A stretch of DNA of 64,000 bases from an uncultured Nitrospiraceae bacterium. Lineage in GTDB: Bacteria > Nitrospirota > Nitrospiria > Nitrospirales > Nitrospiraceae. The stretch is taken from contig CAVPLT010000001.1 in the NCBI GenBank assembly GCA_963706325.1, positions 1,120,001 through 1,184,000 on the forward strand, written 5' to 3'. Each line of letters opens with the position of its first letter. Position 1 is the stretch's first letter. Below, in pieces: positions 49,939 through 61,458 of the stretch. Made by a program: the position numbers and the translations under genes. The notes below the pieces were generated by a model. That model ran no database searches. It was given only the letters and a program-made list of their open reading frames with translations, and was not told where the DNA came from.

Positions 49939-51573
49939 ATGCTCGTGTTTCTCATACATGTTCGTGATCCACAGTTTTATGCGCTCCCCGCAAAGACTCG
50001 CGCCAAGAATGGACGTATTCGAGTGATGGGCTTTCCGCCGATCGGCATCATGTCCTTGTCCTCCGTGCTGAAGCGCGCTGGCCACGAATGCGTGATGTTC
50101 GACCAGGCACATCCGGAGACACCCAATGATTATATTATCGAACAGATCAAACAACGGAAACCGGCTCTGGTTGGGCTGAGCTTCCTCAGTACAACCAGTT
50201 ATCCCTATGCGAAGATTCTCGCGCGGCAAATTCGGACAACTGACAGCCATGTGAAGTTGGCCTTCGGCGGTGTCTTCGCCAGTCTCAACGCTGGGCTTGT
50301 CAAACTGCAATGTCCCGAAGTAGATTTCATCTGCCGGGGAGACGGGGAGCAGCTCCTGTTAGATTTACTGGATCGGATCGAGGACCCACAGGATGTAGGC
50401 GGCGTGACCTGGGCGAAGGACGGTCAGGTGATCAACAATCCCAACCGGCCTATGGAGCGTCACTTGGATCAGTGGCCTTTCCCGGATCGGGAAAGTTTGG
50501 AGTTGGACTTCGTCGAGTCCATGCCGCTGGATGTGCCCGCCGTACTCTCGATGGAACGGTTTACAACCATGCAGACCTCTCGGGGTTGTCCCTGGCCATG
50601 CGTTTTCTGCGACATTCCGATCTTCAACGAGGGTAAGTGGCGCGCCCGCACGGCGCAGCACGTGGTCGACGAGTTGAAGTACCTCGAAGCAAACGGGTAC
50701 GGGTCGGTCTATTTTGTGGACGATCACTTCCTGCTGCAGCCAAAACGAATTGATGCGATCTGCACAGGCGTCATCGACGCCAAGCTCTCCATTCAATGGG
50801 GCATCGAAGGCCGCGTCGATTCCGTTGCGCAGCACCTGTTTCCTGCTATGGCTAAAGCACATTGCCGCACGGTCATGTTTGGGATTGAGAGTGGCAGCCA
50901 GAAAATTTTGGATCGACTTCAAAAAGAGCAGACGCTCGCCGAGGTTGAGACTGCGGTAAGAAATGCCAAAAAGGCCGGCATCGAAATCGTTCATGGGTTC
51001 TTCACTGTGGGCAATCCAGATGAAACCGTGGAGGATATGCAGAAGACATTCGAATTCGCCTCAAAACTCCCCCTGGATACATTCGGCTTCAACCGACTCT
51101 GCGTCTATCGCGGAACGCCACTGTGGCAGGAATACATCAAGCGCGGCCTCGTCACGGACGCCAAGGATTGGTACAAGTATTTCAAATGCTCGGAGATCGA
51201 TCCAACTTGTTTGCCGGGAGAGGTGATCAATTCGGTGCGGCAGGAAGGTTTGAAGAAGCTCTTCATCTACAAGCTCACTCGTTATCCCATCCAGACGTTC
51301 AAATTGTTGCGTCGGTTTTTGCGTTACATGCCATTCCGTGATGTGGCCTATCTGATCATTAAGCCTTTCTTGGGTCAAAAAAAGGGCGCGACAAAAGCCG
51401 AGGTGCTATCGCGAGCAGTGGAGCATGCGGAGATGAAGGACGCCGCGGCGCAGCTGACGCAGCTCAGCGATGAGTTATTACACAGCGTGTTGGAAGAGTC
51501 GAAGGCGGAGCGTCAGCGGATTCAGCAGGAAGCGGAGGGATCACGAGAGCTCCCCATGATTTCCAGCAGGTAG
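49939..51573 (+). CDS. Cobalamin-binding domain radical SAM protein
   Basis: N-terminal B12-binding region (PPIG, GG, GDGE), TSRGCPWPCVFC, FGIESGS, YRGTPLW. Confidence 0.9.
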   Translation: MLVFLIHVRDPQFYALPAKTRAKNGRIRVMGFPPIGIMSLSSVLKRAGHECVMFDQAHPETPNDYIIEQIKQRKPALVGLSFLSTTSYPYAKILARQIRTTDSHVKLAFGGVFASLNAGLVKLQCPEVDFICRGDGEQLLLDLLDRIEDPQDVGGVTWAKDGQVINNPNRPMERHLDQWPFPDRESLELDFVESMPLDVPAVLSMERFTTMQTSRGCPWPCVFCDIPIFNEGKWRARTAQHVVDELKYLEANGYGSVYFVDDHFLLQPKRIDAICTGVIDAKLSIQWGIEGRVDSVAQHLFPAMAKAHCRTVMFGIESGSQKILDRLQKEQTLAEVETAVRNAKKAGIEIVHGFFTVGNPDETVEDMQKTFEFASKLPLDTFGFNRLCVYRGTPLWQEYIKRGLVTDAKDWYKYFKCSEIDPTCLPGEVINSVRQEGLKKLFIYKLTRYPIQTFKLLRRFLRYMPFRDVAYLIIKPFLGQKKGATKAEVLSRAVEHAEMKDAAAQLTQLSDELLHSVLEESKAERQRIQQEAEGSRELPMISSR

Positions 51574-52299
51574 GGCGGCTGCTGATGTAATTTTCAATAA
51601 GTGATTTGCCCACACCCATGGCGATCCATCATCCTCATGTTTGCAATACACATAGGAATCCTTTCCATTCGCGTGTGCCTCGATGACGTGTTCCCCCCAT
51701 TTCTCCAGTTGCTTGACCGAATAGCGACTCCGTCGAAGGCGAGCATAGAGAAAATCAGCCGTGTCCCGGTGTTCTGCAAGGCAATCATCTGTCTCAACCG
51801 CCGCCCAGGCGATGTGAAAGTGTCGTAAGAGATCTTCCACCTCAGAATGGTTCCAGCTGTCGTGGCGAAATTCTATCGCCCAGCGGTAATTACGAGAAAG
51901 GGAAGGCAAAAACTGAGCTAACCTGGCATTGTCTCGTTTGAGATTGGGAGGTAACTGAAGAAGAATCGGCCCTAGTTTTCGCTTTGCCGCCAGGGGCGCT
52001 AAATGGTCCAACATGGTATGGAGGAAAGGGACCGCTTCAGGACGAAGCCGTTTCACATGTGTGATCTGGCGATGAGCCTTCGCCGAGAAGACAAAGTGTT
52101 CCGGCGTCTGATCGGTCCACTTAGTGACGGATGATAAGGTGGGGAATCGATACCACAAACCATCCAATTCTACCGTGTCGTATCGTGTCGCATAATATTC
52201 GAGAAATTCAGATTGCTTGAGTCCTGATGGGTAAAACCGCTTCGGCCCCTGCCATGGTTTATACGAATAGCCGGACAGCCCAATGTGAATGGATGCCAT
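51541..52299 (-). CDS. DUF72 (YecE-like) family protein
   Basis: IGLSGYSY..W..FYP, VELD, KAHRQITH, LLQLPP, EFRHDSW, YARLR. Confidence 0.88.
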   Translation of the reverse strand: MASIHIGLSGYSYKPWQGPKRFYPSGLKQSEFLEYYATRYDTVELDGLWYRFPTLSSVTKWTDQTPEHFVFSAKAHRQITHVKRLRPEAVPFLHTMLDHLAPLAAKRKLGPILLQLPPNLKRDNARLAQFLPSLSRNYRWAIEFRHDSWNHSEVEDLLRHFHIAWAAVETDDCLAEHRDTADFLYARLRRSRYSVKQLEKWGEHVIEAHANGKDSYVYCKHEDDGSPWVWANHLLKITSAAALPAGNHGELS

Positions 52300-52771
52300 A
52301 GGAAAAAACACGTTCGTGACTTAGACGGCAACGCCAAGAAAAGTTATTGGCGAGAGACTGGTCACTTATGAAGTGAGTGGTGCGGCGGGGAATGACAGCC
52401 GATGAAGAGTAATCCGCCGCAGCATCCTTATGAGAGCTACAATCTAAAATTTGCCTCTCAGACAGCCGAATATTACATCAGCACTCTCGCACAAAAACAC
52501 TTCCGGCCGGCAGTGCAAAGCTTTTGCTCAATTTTGTTATAACAAGGATGAGTGATGAAGGCGAACGTGGAGAGTCCTTATGAAGAAATCGCGCTTCCCC
52601 TTTTGTCTTAAAAGAGACGCGCAATGCGAAATCGGCTATTTTAATCAAACTTCTGAAGGTAAGAAAGGGGACGAATTTGACGTATCCGAAGGAAGTCGTG
52701 CGCTCAGCGTCTGAGATGAGCAGTCAGTAGCGTGGCGGGTGCCAGTCGAACAGAGTCAGAGCGCAGATGGT

Positions 52772-52802
52772 AGCGGCCGGTGCGAAATCGCAACCGGCCG
52801 CT
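52772..52802. terminator. GC-rich hairpin downstream of ahcY (no U-tract)
   Basis: AGCGGCCGGT...ACCGGCCGCT inverted repeat. Confidence 0.45.
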
Positions 52803-52830
52803 TGACGACTGCCTACAGCAACAATAGAGC

Positions 52831-54195
<1,365 letters not shown>

Positions 54196-55344
54196 CTAGA
54201 GGCCGGCATCCTTGCGCAAGACTTTGGCCTTGTCGGTCTTTTCCCACGTGAACTCTGGTTCGTTGCGTCCGAAGTGCCCGTAGGCGGCGGTTTTCTTGAA
54301 GATCGGCCGTCGTAGCTTCAAGTGGTCGATGATACCGCGCGGTGTCAGCGGGAAATGCTTTCGAACCAACTTGTCCAGGCTTTCCGGCGCCACTTTCTCG
54401 GTGTCTTTAGTGTCGACCAACACGGAAACAGGATCGGCCACCCCGATGGCATAGGCCAACTGTACCTCGCATTTGGAGGCCAACCCGGCGGCCACGATAT
54501 TTTTTGCGATGTAGCGCGCCATATAGGAGGCTGAGCGATCGACCTTTGAGGGATCTTTGCCGGAGAAGGCGCCACCGCCATGGCTGCCATGTCCGCCGTA
54601 GGTATCGACAATGATTTTTCGACCGGTGAGGCCGGAATCACCCATCGGGCCCCCGACCACGAATCGACCCGTCGGGTTGATGTGGTGCTTGACGCTCGTC
54701 GGATCGTACAACCCCTTGGGCATGGACGGCCTAATGACGTGCTCCATCAGATCTTTTTCGATCTGTTTGTTGGTCACATCCGGACTATGCTGTGACGAGA
54801 CGACGATCGTGTCGATGCGGAAGGGCTTGCCGTCTTTGTATTCCACCGTCACTTGGGATTTGCCGTCGGGACGAACCCACTTGAGAATCTTCTTCTTGCG
54901 TACCTCCGCCAGACGTTTGGTCAGCCGGTGGGCCAGCACGATCGGCATCGGCATCAGTTCGGTCGTTTCATTGGTGGCATAGCCGAACATGAGTCCTTGG
55001 TCGCCAGCGCCGCCTGAATCCACCCCCATGGCGATATCACCAGACTGTTGGTGGATGGAAGTCAGCACCGAGCAGGTGTTCGAGTCGAATCCCCACGTCG
55101 CGTCGTTATAGCCCACATCTTTAATCACCTCGCGAATGATGTCAGGGATCTCTACATAGGCTTTCGTCGAGATTTCTCCTGCGACGAATGCAATCCCGGT
55201 GGTCAGAATCGTCTCGCAGGCCACTCGCGAATACTTGTCTTGTGTGATGATGGCGTCTAAAATTCCGTCTGAAATTTGATCGGCAATCTTGTCCGGGTGT
55301 CCTTCAGTGACCGACTCAGACGTGAACAGATAGTTATGTCTCAT
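54196..55344 (-). CDS. metK: S-adenosylmethionine synthetase
   Basis: [36 protein letters not shown]. Confidence 0.97.
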   Translation of the reverse strand: MRHNYLFTSESVTEGHPDKIADQISDGILDAIITQDKYSRVACETILTTGIAFVAGEISTKAYVEIPDIIREVIKDVGYNDATWGFDSNTCSVLTSIHQQSGDIAMGVDSGGAGDQGLMFGYATNETTELMPMPIVLAHRLTKRLAEVRKKKILKWVRPDGKSQVTVEYKDGKPFRIDTIVVSSQHSPDVTNKQIEKDLMEHVIRPSMPKGLYDPTSVKHHINPTGRFVVGGPMGDSGLTGRKIIVDTYGGHGSHGGGAFSGKDPSKVDRSASYMARYIAKNIVAAGLASKCEVQLAYAIGVADPVSVLVDTKDTEKVAPESLDKLVRKHFPLTPRGIIDHLKLRRPIFKKTAAYGHFGRNEPEFTWEKTDKAKVLRKDAGL

Positions 55345-55540
55345 TGTTCCCCCTGGAATTGAAGTGATTCGAGGATTCGGCGGTTGAGTTGAGGTGGCAC
55401 GACGACTGAATGTGGAAGACACTGCTCTCAGAATGATTAGCCAACTGCGCAGAAAACTGAAGCAATAGTAGCTGACTAGGCCCTATTTGTCCACCGATCA
55501 AAAGGATTCGATCAATTCGCGATCACGAGAACTCTCTTGC

Positions 55541-55570
55541 TTGACAGGTCTTCGATACGACTTGTAAGAT
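55541..55570 (+). promoter_or_regulatory. Putative sigma70 promoter of the cytochrome c biogenesis operon
   Basis: TTGACA 55541-55546, 18-bp spacer, TAAGAT 55565-55570. Confidence 0.55.
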
Positions 55571-55741
55571 AGCTTACTTTTCGCGCATTTGGAACATTTT
55601 TCATAACAACGTTCTGCCCCGGAAATCCCCAACCTCGAGGTACCGGCCTGCATCGGCACAGTATCCCACACGCAGCGTACCATCGTTTATGATGATGGGG
55701 TCTGCATGATGGCAGGTCAAAGCAGGTAGGTCTTTTGATTC

Positions 55742-57172
55742 ATGAACAGTAAACCCGACGCAGCACCAGATTCGACGGCACCTATTCCTTCCCCCTCCCG
55801 ACTCGGTTGGGAAGAGTTTTCACGGGAGGTCGTGGAATTTTTCGCCTCGATCAAACTGGCTATGTTCCTTTTTATCGTGCTTGCCATGACGGCGACGATC
55901 GGAACGGTCATTCAGCAGGGGGAACGGCCGGAAACCTATGTGCAAGAGTATGGTGAGGATGCGTACCGCTGGTTCGTCCGGTTAGGTTTCATCGACGTCT
56001 ATCATACGTGGTGGTTCACCAGCCTGTTAGGGCTTCTCTGCGTTAATTCTCTCACTTGTTTCCATAAGCGATTTCCCAGCGTGTGGCGTTCTATGCGCCA
56101 GGATAAGGTCAGCGTGTCGTTGGCCTTCGTCCAAGGCATGAAGCAACAGGCGACGCTGTCGCTCAATCAGTCCAAAGAAGCCGTCGCGGAGCACTTGGTG
56201 CGGCTGCTCGCCGAAAAAGGCTATCGCGTGCTGGCCAAGAGTGATCCGGGTGAGGTGACGGTGTACGCCACAAAAGGGATCATGGGCCGCGTGGGTGCGC
56301 ACGTCGCACACCTGAGTGCGACCGTTATTGTTCTCGGAGGCTTATTGGGAAGCTACTATGGATTCCAGGAATTTGGGGTCTGTTTGGAAGGCCAGACCTA
56401 CCATATCCCACGTGGCAATTTCGATCTTCGGGTGGACAAGTTTTGGATCGATTACCATGAAAACGGATCGGTTAAATCCTATAACAGCACGCTCACGGTG
56501 ATCGATCAAGGAACTCAGACCGCGACGAAGACCATTACGGTCAATGATCCGCTGGTCTATAAAGGAATCTGGTTCTATCAGTCTAGTTATGGCGATGCGT
56601 GGGATCAGATTGAGGCGGCGAGGATTAACATCAAGGAAAAAAATCGCGATAAAATTGTCGCGACCGTTGATTTGGAATGGAATAAGGAAAAGGCTGTCGA
56701 GGGGCTTCCGCTCAAGATGAAGATGACCGATTTCGTCGCGGACTTCGCATTCAATTCGACTGAGAAAAAGGTCTTCTCCAAAACCGCTGAACATGCCAAC
56801 CCGGCAATTCGGTTGACGGTCGACGAGCGAAGCACAGTTCAGTCCACCCCCTGGGTGTTTTATCACTATCCCGATCTGTTTGAGATCAAAGATTCTGCCT
56901 ACCAATTTGAATTCATCGGGTATCAACCCAAAAAATTCACCGGTCTGCAGATCGCTAGAAATCCAGGCATCAATATGGTGTGGATCGGGTGTACGATGTT
57001 GGTGGTGGGCATGACGCTATCTTCCGTGATTTATCATCGCCGGCTGTGGGCGAAGATCGTACCCGGTGAATCAGGGGTCATGATGTATCTGGGCGGGACG
57101 ACACACAAGAGTCAGATCGACTTTCAAAAAGAGTTTAGGAAACTGACAGAAAAAATCCAGTCCAAGACGTAA
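55742..57172 (+). CDS. resB: Cytochrome c biogenesis protein ResB/Ccs1 (system II)
   Basis: GTVIQQ, VYHTWWF, conserved TM His (AHLS), VNDPL..YQSS, C-terminal TM followed by RRLW. Confidence 0.9.
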   Translation: MNSKPDAAPDSTAPIPSPSRLGWEEFSREVVEFFASIKLAMFLFIVLAMTATIGTVIQQGERPETYVQEYGEDAYRWFVRLGFIDVYHTWWFTSLLGLLCVNSLTCFHKRFPSVWRSMRQDKVSVSLAFVQGMKQQATLSLNQSKEAVAEHLVRLLAEKGYRVLAKSDPGEVTVYATKGIMGRVGAHVAHLSATVIVLGGLLGSYYGFQEFGVCLEGQTYHIPRGNFDLRVDKFWIDYHENGSVKSYNSTLTVIDQGTQTATKTITVNDPLVYKGIWFYQSSYGDAWDQIEAARINIKEKNRDKIVATVDLEWNKEKAVEGLPLKMKMTDFVADFAFNSTEKKVFSKTAEHANPAIRLTVDERSTVQSTPWVFYHYPDLFEIKDSAYQFEFIGYQPKKFTGLQIARNPGINMVWIGCTMLVVGMTLSSVIYHRRLWAKIVPGESGVMMYLGGTTHKSQIDFQKEFRKLTEKIQSKT

Positions 57173-57251
57173 TTTGGAAGTGCGTTGCCGTGCGGCAGTG
57201 AGGAACGATTCATCTGGTCCGCACTGCAATCTATGATAGACGGAGGCCTGT

Positions 57252-58166
57252 ATGATGCGTTCACTGTTCCTTTTCGATATGACATTCTGGCTCTACCTGG
57301 CCGGGTTGGGTTTGTATGTAGCGTACTTGTTTGCGAAACGTCCTGCCATGCAGCTGGCTCCGGCCGGGCATCCGACTGACAATATTGAAGAACGTGATGG
57401 CGCCTGGGCCACCCAATTGGGACAAGTGGCTACGCTAGTCACTGTGTTCGGATGGGTGCTGAATACCCTGGCACTGACGACGCGGGCGTTCGAGCGGATG
57501 GAGCATTCCGGCACGTTTGCGCCCTGGTCGAACCAGTTCGAGGCGATGGCCTATGTGTCCTGGGCGATTATCTTGGGCTACGTGCTTTTGGAGTTCCGAT
57601 ATAGGATCAAGGCTGTCGGAGCGTTTGTAGTCGGGATCGGATTCATCGCCATGGGCGCGGCATCGCTCTTACCCTATCGGTACCAAACAGCAGAGCCACT
57701 CGTGCCGGCCTTGAACAGCTATTGGATTTACATCCATGTCTCCGTCACCTTGACGAGCTACGCCGCCTTCGCCATGGCGGGAGGACTGGGCTTGATGTAT
57801 TTATTCAAAGAGCGGGCCGTCAATCGTGGAAGTCAGTCCCGTTTCTACGCCGCCTTTCCCGATCTCGAGACCATCGATGAACTTGGATACAAGGCCATCA
57901 TGCTGGGGTTTCCCCTGCTCGCATTCGGGATCATTTTAGGGGCGATGTGGGCCAATTATGCCTGGGGTGGTTACTGGAGTTGGGATCCCAAGGAAACCTG
58001 GTCGTTGATTGTCTGGCTGATCTATGGCGCTTACATTCATGCCCGCATGACACGGGGATGGGAGGGCCATCGGGCGGCTGTCTATGCGATCTTTGGGTTT
58101 CTTATGGTGATTTTCTGTTTCTGGGGAGTGAATTTTCTACTCTCTGGCCTGCACGCGTACGCCTAA
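57252..58166 (+). CDS. ccsA: Cytochrome c synthase ResC/CcsA (system II)
   Basis: WWD motif WANYAWGGYWSWDPKE, PALNSYWIYIH, GLHAY. Confidence 0.93.
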   Translation: MMRSLFLFDMTFWLYLAGLGLYVAYLFAKRPAMQLAPAGHPTDNIEERDGAWATQLGQVATLVTVFGWVLNTLALTTRAFERMEHSGTFAPWSNQFEAMAYVSWAIILGYVLLEFRYRIKAVGAFVVGIGFIAMGAASLLPYRYQTAEPLVPALNSYWIYIHVSVTLTSYAAFAMAGGLGLMYLFKERAVNRGSQSRFYAAFPDLETIDELGYKAIMLGFPLLAFGIILGAMWANYAWGGYWSWDPKETWSLIVWLIYGAYIHARMTRGWEGHRAAVYAIFGFLMVIFCFWGVNFLLSGLHAYA

Positions 58167-58169
58167 CCC

Positions 58170-58793
58170 ATGGCTGATCAATTGAGTCAGAGTTCCGTCG
58201 GTGCGGCCCAGAAGTCTGGCCCGTCTCGAACCGTGGTCGTGCTGGCTGCCGCTGCCATTCTTGCGGTGATGTTTTTAATCGTCTGGCTGCAAAGTTCCAA
58301 GTATGAGCCGTTGCTGGTGGGCAAAGTGGCGCCTGATTTTCAGTTGCCAGATCTGAACGATAAGCAGCTACGGCTTTCAGACTACCGCGGCAAGGTGGTC
58401 TTTCTAAATTTTTGGGCGACGTGGTGCAAGCCTTGCCGGGAGGAAATGCCTTCGATGGAGGTTTTGTACAAGAACTTTGAGAAGGATGGGTTGATCATCC
58501 TCGCCGTCAGCATCGATCGTGTCACCACCAAGAAGGAAATTCCGCCGTTCGTCAAGGGGCTCAATCTCACGTTTCCCGTATTGATCGACTCCTGGGGGCA
58601 GACTGACAAACGGTACAAGTTGATGGGAGTGCCTGAAACCTACATCATCGACCAGCAAGGGGTTCTCCGGGAAAAGGTGATCGGACCTCGTGACTGGACC
58701 AGATTGGATAATCTCAAGGTGTTGACGCAACTCTTGAAGCCTGGAGAGAAGGCCGCGCGGGCATCCGCTGTTCAAGATGTTCCCGCGCTGTAA
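58170..58793 (+). CDS. Membrane-anchored TlpA/ResA-like thiol:disulfide oxidoreductase
   Basis: NFWATWCKPC, VPET. Confidence 0.9.
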   Translation: MADQLSQSSVGAAQKSGPSRTVVVLAAAAILAVMFLIVWLQSSKYEPLLVGKVAPDFQLPDLNDKQLRLSDYRGKVVFLNFWATWCKPCREEMPSMEVLYKNFEKDGLIILAVSIDRVTTKKEIPPFVKGLNLTFPVLIDSWGQTDKRYKLMGVPETYIIDQQGVLREKVIGPRDWTRLDNLKVLTQLLKPGEKAARASAVQDVPAL

Positions 58794-58798
58794 GTGAA

Positions 58799-59359
58799 AT
58801 GATGAAGCGCTGGTCGTTACTGTTCATCATCGGTGCTGCTACGATGTTCGGGCTCCTCACCGCCAACATTCGCTCCGCCGATTCCTTGCCGCTTGGCTCT
58901 CCTCTCGCCGTTGTCGAGCGAGCACCGCAGGTTGATGATGAAGCGCCGAATTTTCTCCTGAAGGATTCCGAAGGGTTTAATGTCGCACTGGATCAGTTTC
59001 GCGGAAAAGTCGTTCTTCTGAACTTTTGGGCGACTTGGTGCGGTCCTTGCAAAGTCGAGATGCCGGCCATGGAGCGCCTGTATCGATCATTTAGTCGCAC
59101 GGAGTTTGAGATACTGGCTGTCTCGACCGACGCCCAGGGTGCAGCGGTTACCCGTCCGTTTCAACAGGAGGCGGGCTTTACCTTTCCCGTGCTCCACGAC
59201 GCCGATTTCAGGATCGGACTACGGTATGGCGCACGTCAGCTACCGATGACGTTTCTTCTCGATCGCAAGGGCATCATTCGCAACCGGATTCCAGGCGCCC
59301 GTGACTGGAACACGCCGGCTGGAAAACGGTTGGTGGAATCGCTTCTGCAGGAATCTTAA
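58799..59359 (+). CDS. Second TlpA/ResA-like thiol:disulfide oxidoreductase
   Basis: Signal peptide; NFWATWCGPC, LPMT. Confidence 0.9.
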   Translation: MMKRWSLLFIIGAATMFGLLTANIRSADSLPLGSPLAVVERAPQVDDEAPNFLLKDSEGFNVALDQFRGKVVLLNFWATWCGPCKVEMPAMERLYRSFSRTEFEILAVSTDAQGAAVTRPFQQEAGFTFPVLHDADFRIGLRYGARQLPMTFLLDRKGIIRNRIPGARDWNTPAGKRLVESLLQES

Positions 59360-59361
59360 GC

Positions 59362-60108
59362 ATGACCGACTCTGTACAGTCGATTTCATTGATCGCCGCT
59401 TTTTCCGCAGGGCTACTGTCTTTCGTCTCACCCTGCGTGCTGCCGCTGGTTCCCTCGTACATTTCATACATTACAGGTCTCTCGATTGAACAGTTGACCG
59501 ATGTGTCCGAGAGAAGCCGATTTCGGAAAGCGATCATTGTGAACTCCCTGTTGTTTATCGCCGGGTTCTCGACCGTCTTCGTTGCCTTCGGAGCTTCAGC
59601 CAGCTTGCTGGGGCAAGTCTTGATGACATATCAGGAGCACTTGCGGCGGTTCGGCGGGATCGTCGTAATTGTGTTTGGCCTGTACCTGCTCGGTATTCTG
59701 AACTTGAACTTTCTAAAAATGGAGCACCGCTACCAGTTTCGAAGCCGACCGGCTGGATTGCTCGGCTCATTTTTGATCGGCATCGCGTTCGCCGCGGGCT
59801 GGACTCCCTGCGTGGGTCCCGTATTGGGAACCATTCTGCTTTACGCCAGCACAACAGAATCGATGTATAGTGGAGTGGTGTTACTCACATGTTACTCGTT
59901 GGGTCTGGCGTTGCCCTTATTTTTGACGGCACTCGGTGTCGATCGATTTCTCAGCTACTTTAAGGAAGTGCGGGCATACCTCTGGGGTGTGTCGACCGTG
60001 AGTGGAGTGATGCTGATTGTGGTGGGCGTGATGATTTACGCGAATTCGCTCACTATGATCACGAGCTTTCTTGAACGATACGGGATCGGCTGGTACCTCG
60101 GACAGTAA
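59362..60108 (+). CDS. ccdA: Cytochrome c biogenesis protein CcdA
   Basis: SPCVLP and WTPCVGP motifs in a multi-TM protein. Confidence 0.93.
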   Translation: MTDSVQSISLIAAFSAGLLSFVSPCVLPLVPSYISYITGLSIEQLTDVSERSRFRKAIIVNSLLFIAGFSTVFVAFGASASLLGQVLMTYQEHLRRFGGIVVIVFGLYLLGILNLNFLKMEHRYQFRSRPAGLLGSFLIGIAFAAGWTPCVGPVLGTILLYASTTESMYSGVVLLTCYSLGLALPLFLTALGVDRFLSYFKEVRAYLWGVSTVSGVMLIVVGVMIYANSLTMITSFLERYGIGWYLGQ

Positions 60109-60220
60109 CTCCGACGTTCTTCTCCCTCCTCGGTGATCTCCTCCAAAGGCATAAGGTATGTGAGCCTCAGAACCCGGAACACTGGATCTCACCTGTGTGT
60201 TTTGCGATTGGGATAGGCGC

Positions 60221-61429
60221 ATGGCTGATAGGCAAGAAAGCAGAACTTACGATGTCGTAATTGTCGGTATGGGTCCGGGCGGTGCGTCCGCGGCGTCGGC
60301 ACTCAGCCGTGGCGGCTTAAGTGTGCTCGGGTTCGACAAAGAGACGCATCCTCGTTACAAGGTCTGCGGTGGCGGCCTATCTGCACGCGTCGCCCAGCTG
60401 TTGGATCCCGGGTTTCAGTCGGTGGTTGAGCATGCGGTGAATGGAGTGCAGTTCGTCTATCAAGGACAGGACCCCATCCTCATTGAGTCCTCGGAACCCA
60501 TTGCATACATGGTCATGCGGGACCGCTTCGACCAGTACCTCCTCCAACAAGCCCGGTGCGCAGGGACCGATATTCGCAATGGCGAAGGGGTGATCGCCGT
60601 CCGGCAAGAATCAGACGGCGTAACGGTGGTCACCGAACGCGGGCAATATTGCGCAAAGATCGTGATTGGGGCAGACGGAGCCAATAGTCTCGTCGCCCGA
60701 TGCCTCTTTCCCCATCGCTCACAGTATCGCGCCCCGGCGCTAGAAAGCGAGGTGCCCATTGAGAAGGACGGTCACTACCCAGGTCCCTCCACGATACTGG
60801 TCGATGTGGGCGCCGCCCGCCAAGGCTATGGATGGATCTTTCCCAAGCAGAGTTGCCTGTCCGTGGGAGTCGGTGAATTTCGCCGCAAATCGACAGGGTT
60901 ACGTACCACATTCGACCGTTTCATTCAGGGTGAGCCAGCATTAACGAGATGGATAGTGCCCCGCCCGGTGGGGCATCCAATCCCTGTTTTTTTAGAGGGC
61001 GACGTGGGGCGAAGGGAGAAAATGCCGTCTCAGTTCGTCAGTGGTCGGGCATTGCTGGTTGGTGATGCGGCCCATCTGGTCGATCCCTTGTTTGGAGAGG
61101 GTATTTATTATGCCGTTCGTTCGGGGCAACTGGCTGCACGGGAGATTCTATCAGCCCCCCACGATCATACCGCCTCATTAGCCGGGTATGAGGCGGGGTT
61201 GGAACGGCACATCGTGCCCGACTTTCGGGTCACCGCTCGCATTGCGAAGGTGATCTATGCCTTTCCGCGCTTGGGCTTCAAGCTTCTTCGCCGTTATCAA
61301 GATGTCGTGCAATCCTATTATGGAGTGCTGCAGGGGCGTACCTCTGCTGAACAATTTCTGGCCCAGGCAAAGACCCGTGTCAAAGCCTCAGTGAATGATC
61401 TGTTGCTGGAAGCATTGCACTTGCGTTAG
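60221..61429 (+). CDS. Geranylgeranyl reductase family flavoprotein
   Basis: GMGPGG, KVCGGG, RDRFD, GADG, GYGWIFPK, GDAA, GEGIYYA. Confidence 0.88.
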   Translation: MADRQESRTYDVVIVGMGPGGASAASALSRGGLSVLGFDKETHPRYKVCGGGLSARVAQLLDPGFQSVVEHAVNGVQFVYQGQDPILIESSEPIAYMVMRDRFDQYLLQQARCAGTDIRNGEGVIAVRQESDGVTVVTERGQYCAKIVIGADGANSLVARCLFPHRSQYRAPALESEVPIEKDGHYPGPSTILVDVGAARQGYGWIFPKQSCLSVGVGEFRRKSTGLRTTFDRFIQGEPALTRWIVPRPVGHPIPVFLEGDVGRREKMPSQFVSGRALLVGDAAHLVDPLFGEGIYYAVRSGQLAAREILSAPHDHTASLAGYEAGLERHIVPDFRVTARIAKVIYAFPRLGFKLLRRYQDVVQSYYGVLQGRTSAEQFLAQAKTRVKASVNDLLLEALHLR

Positions 61430-61458
61430 AGCGGTGCGGTGAGGGTAGTGGTGTCCGG

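Noticed and set aside
55345..55540. SAM riboswitch upstream of metK
   Set aside because: No SAM-I or SAM-II consensus is recognisable on the minus strand.
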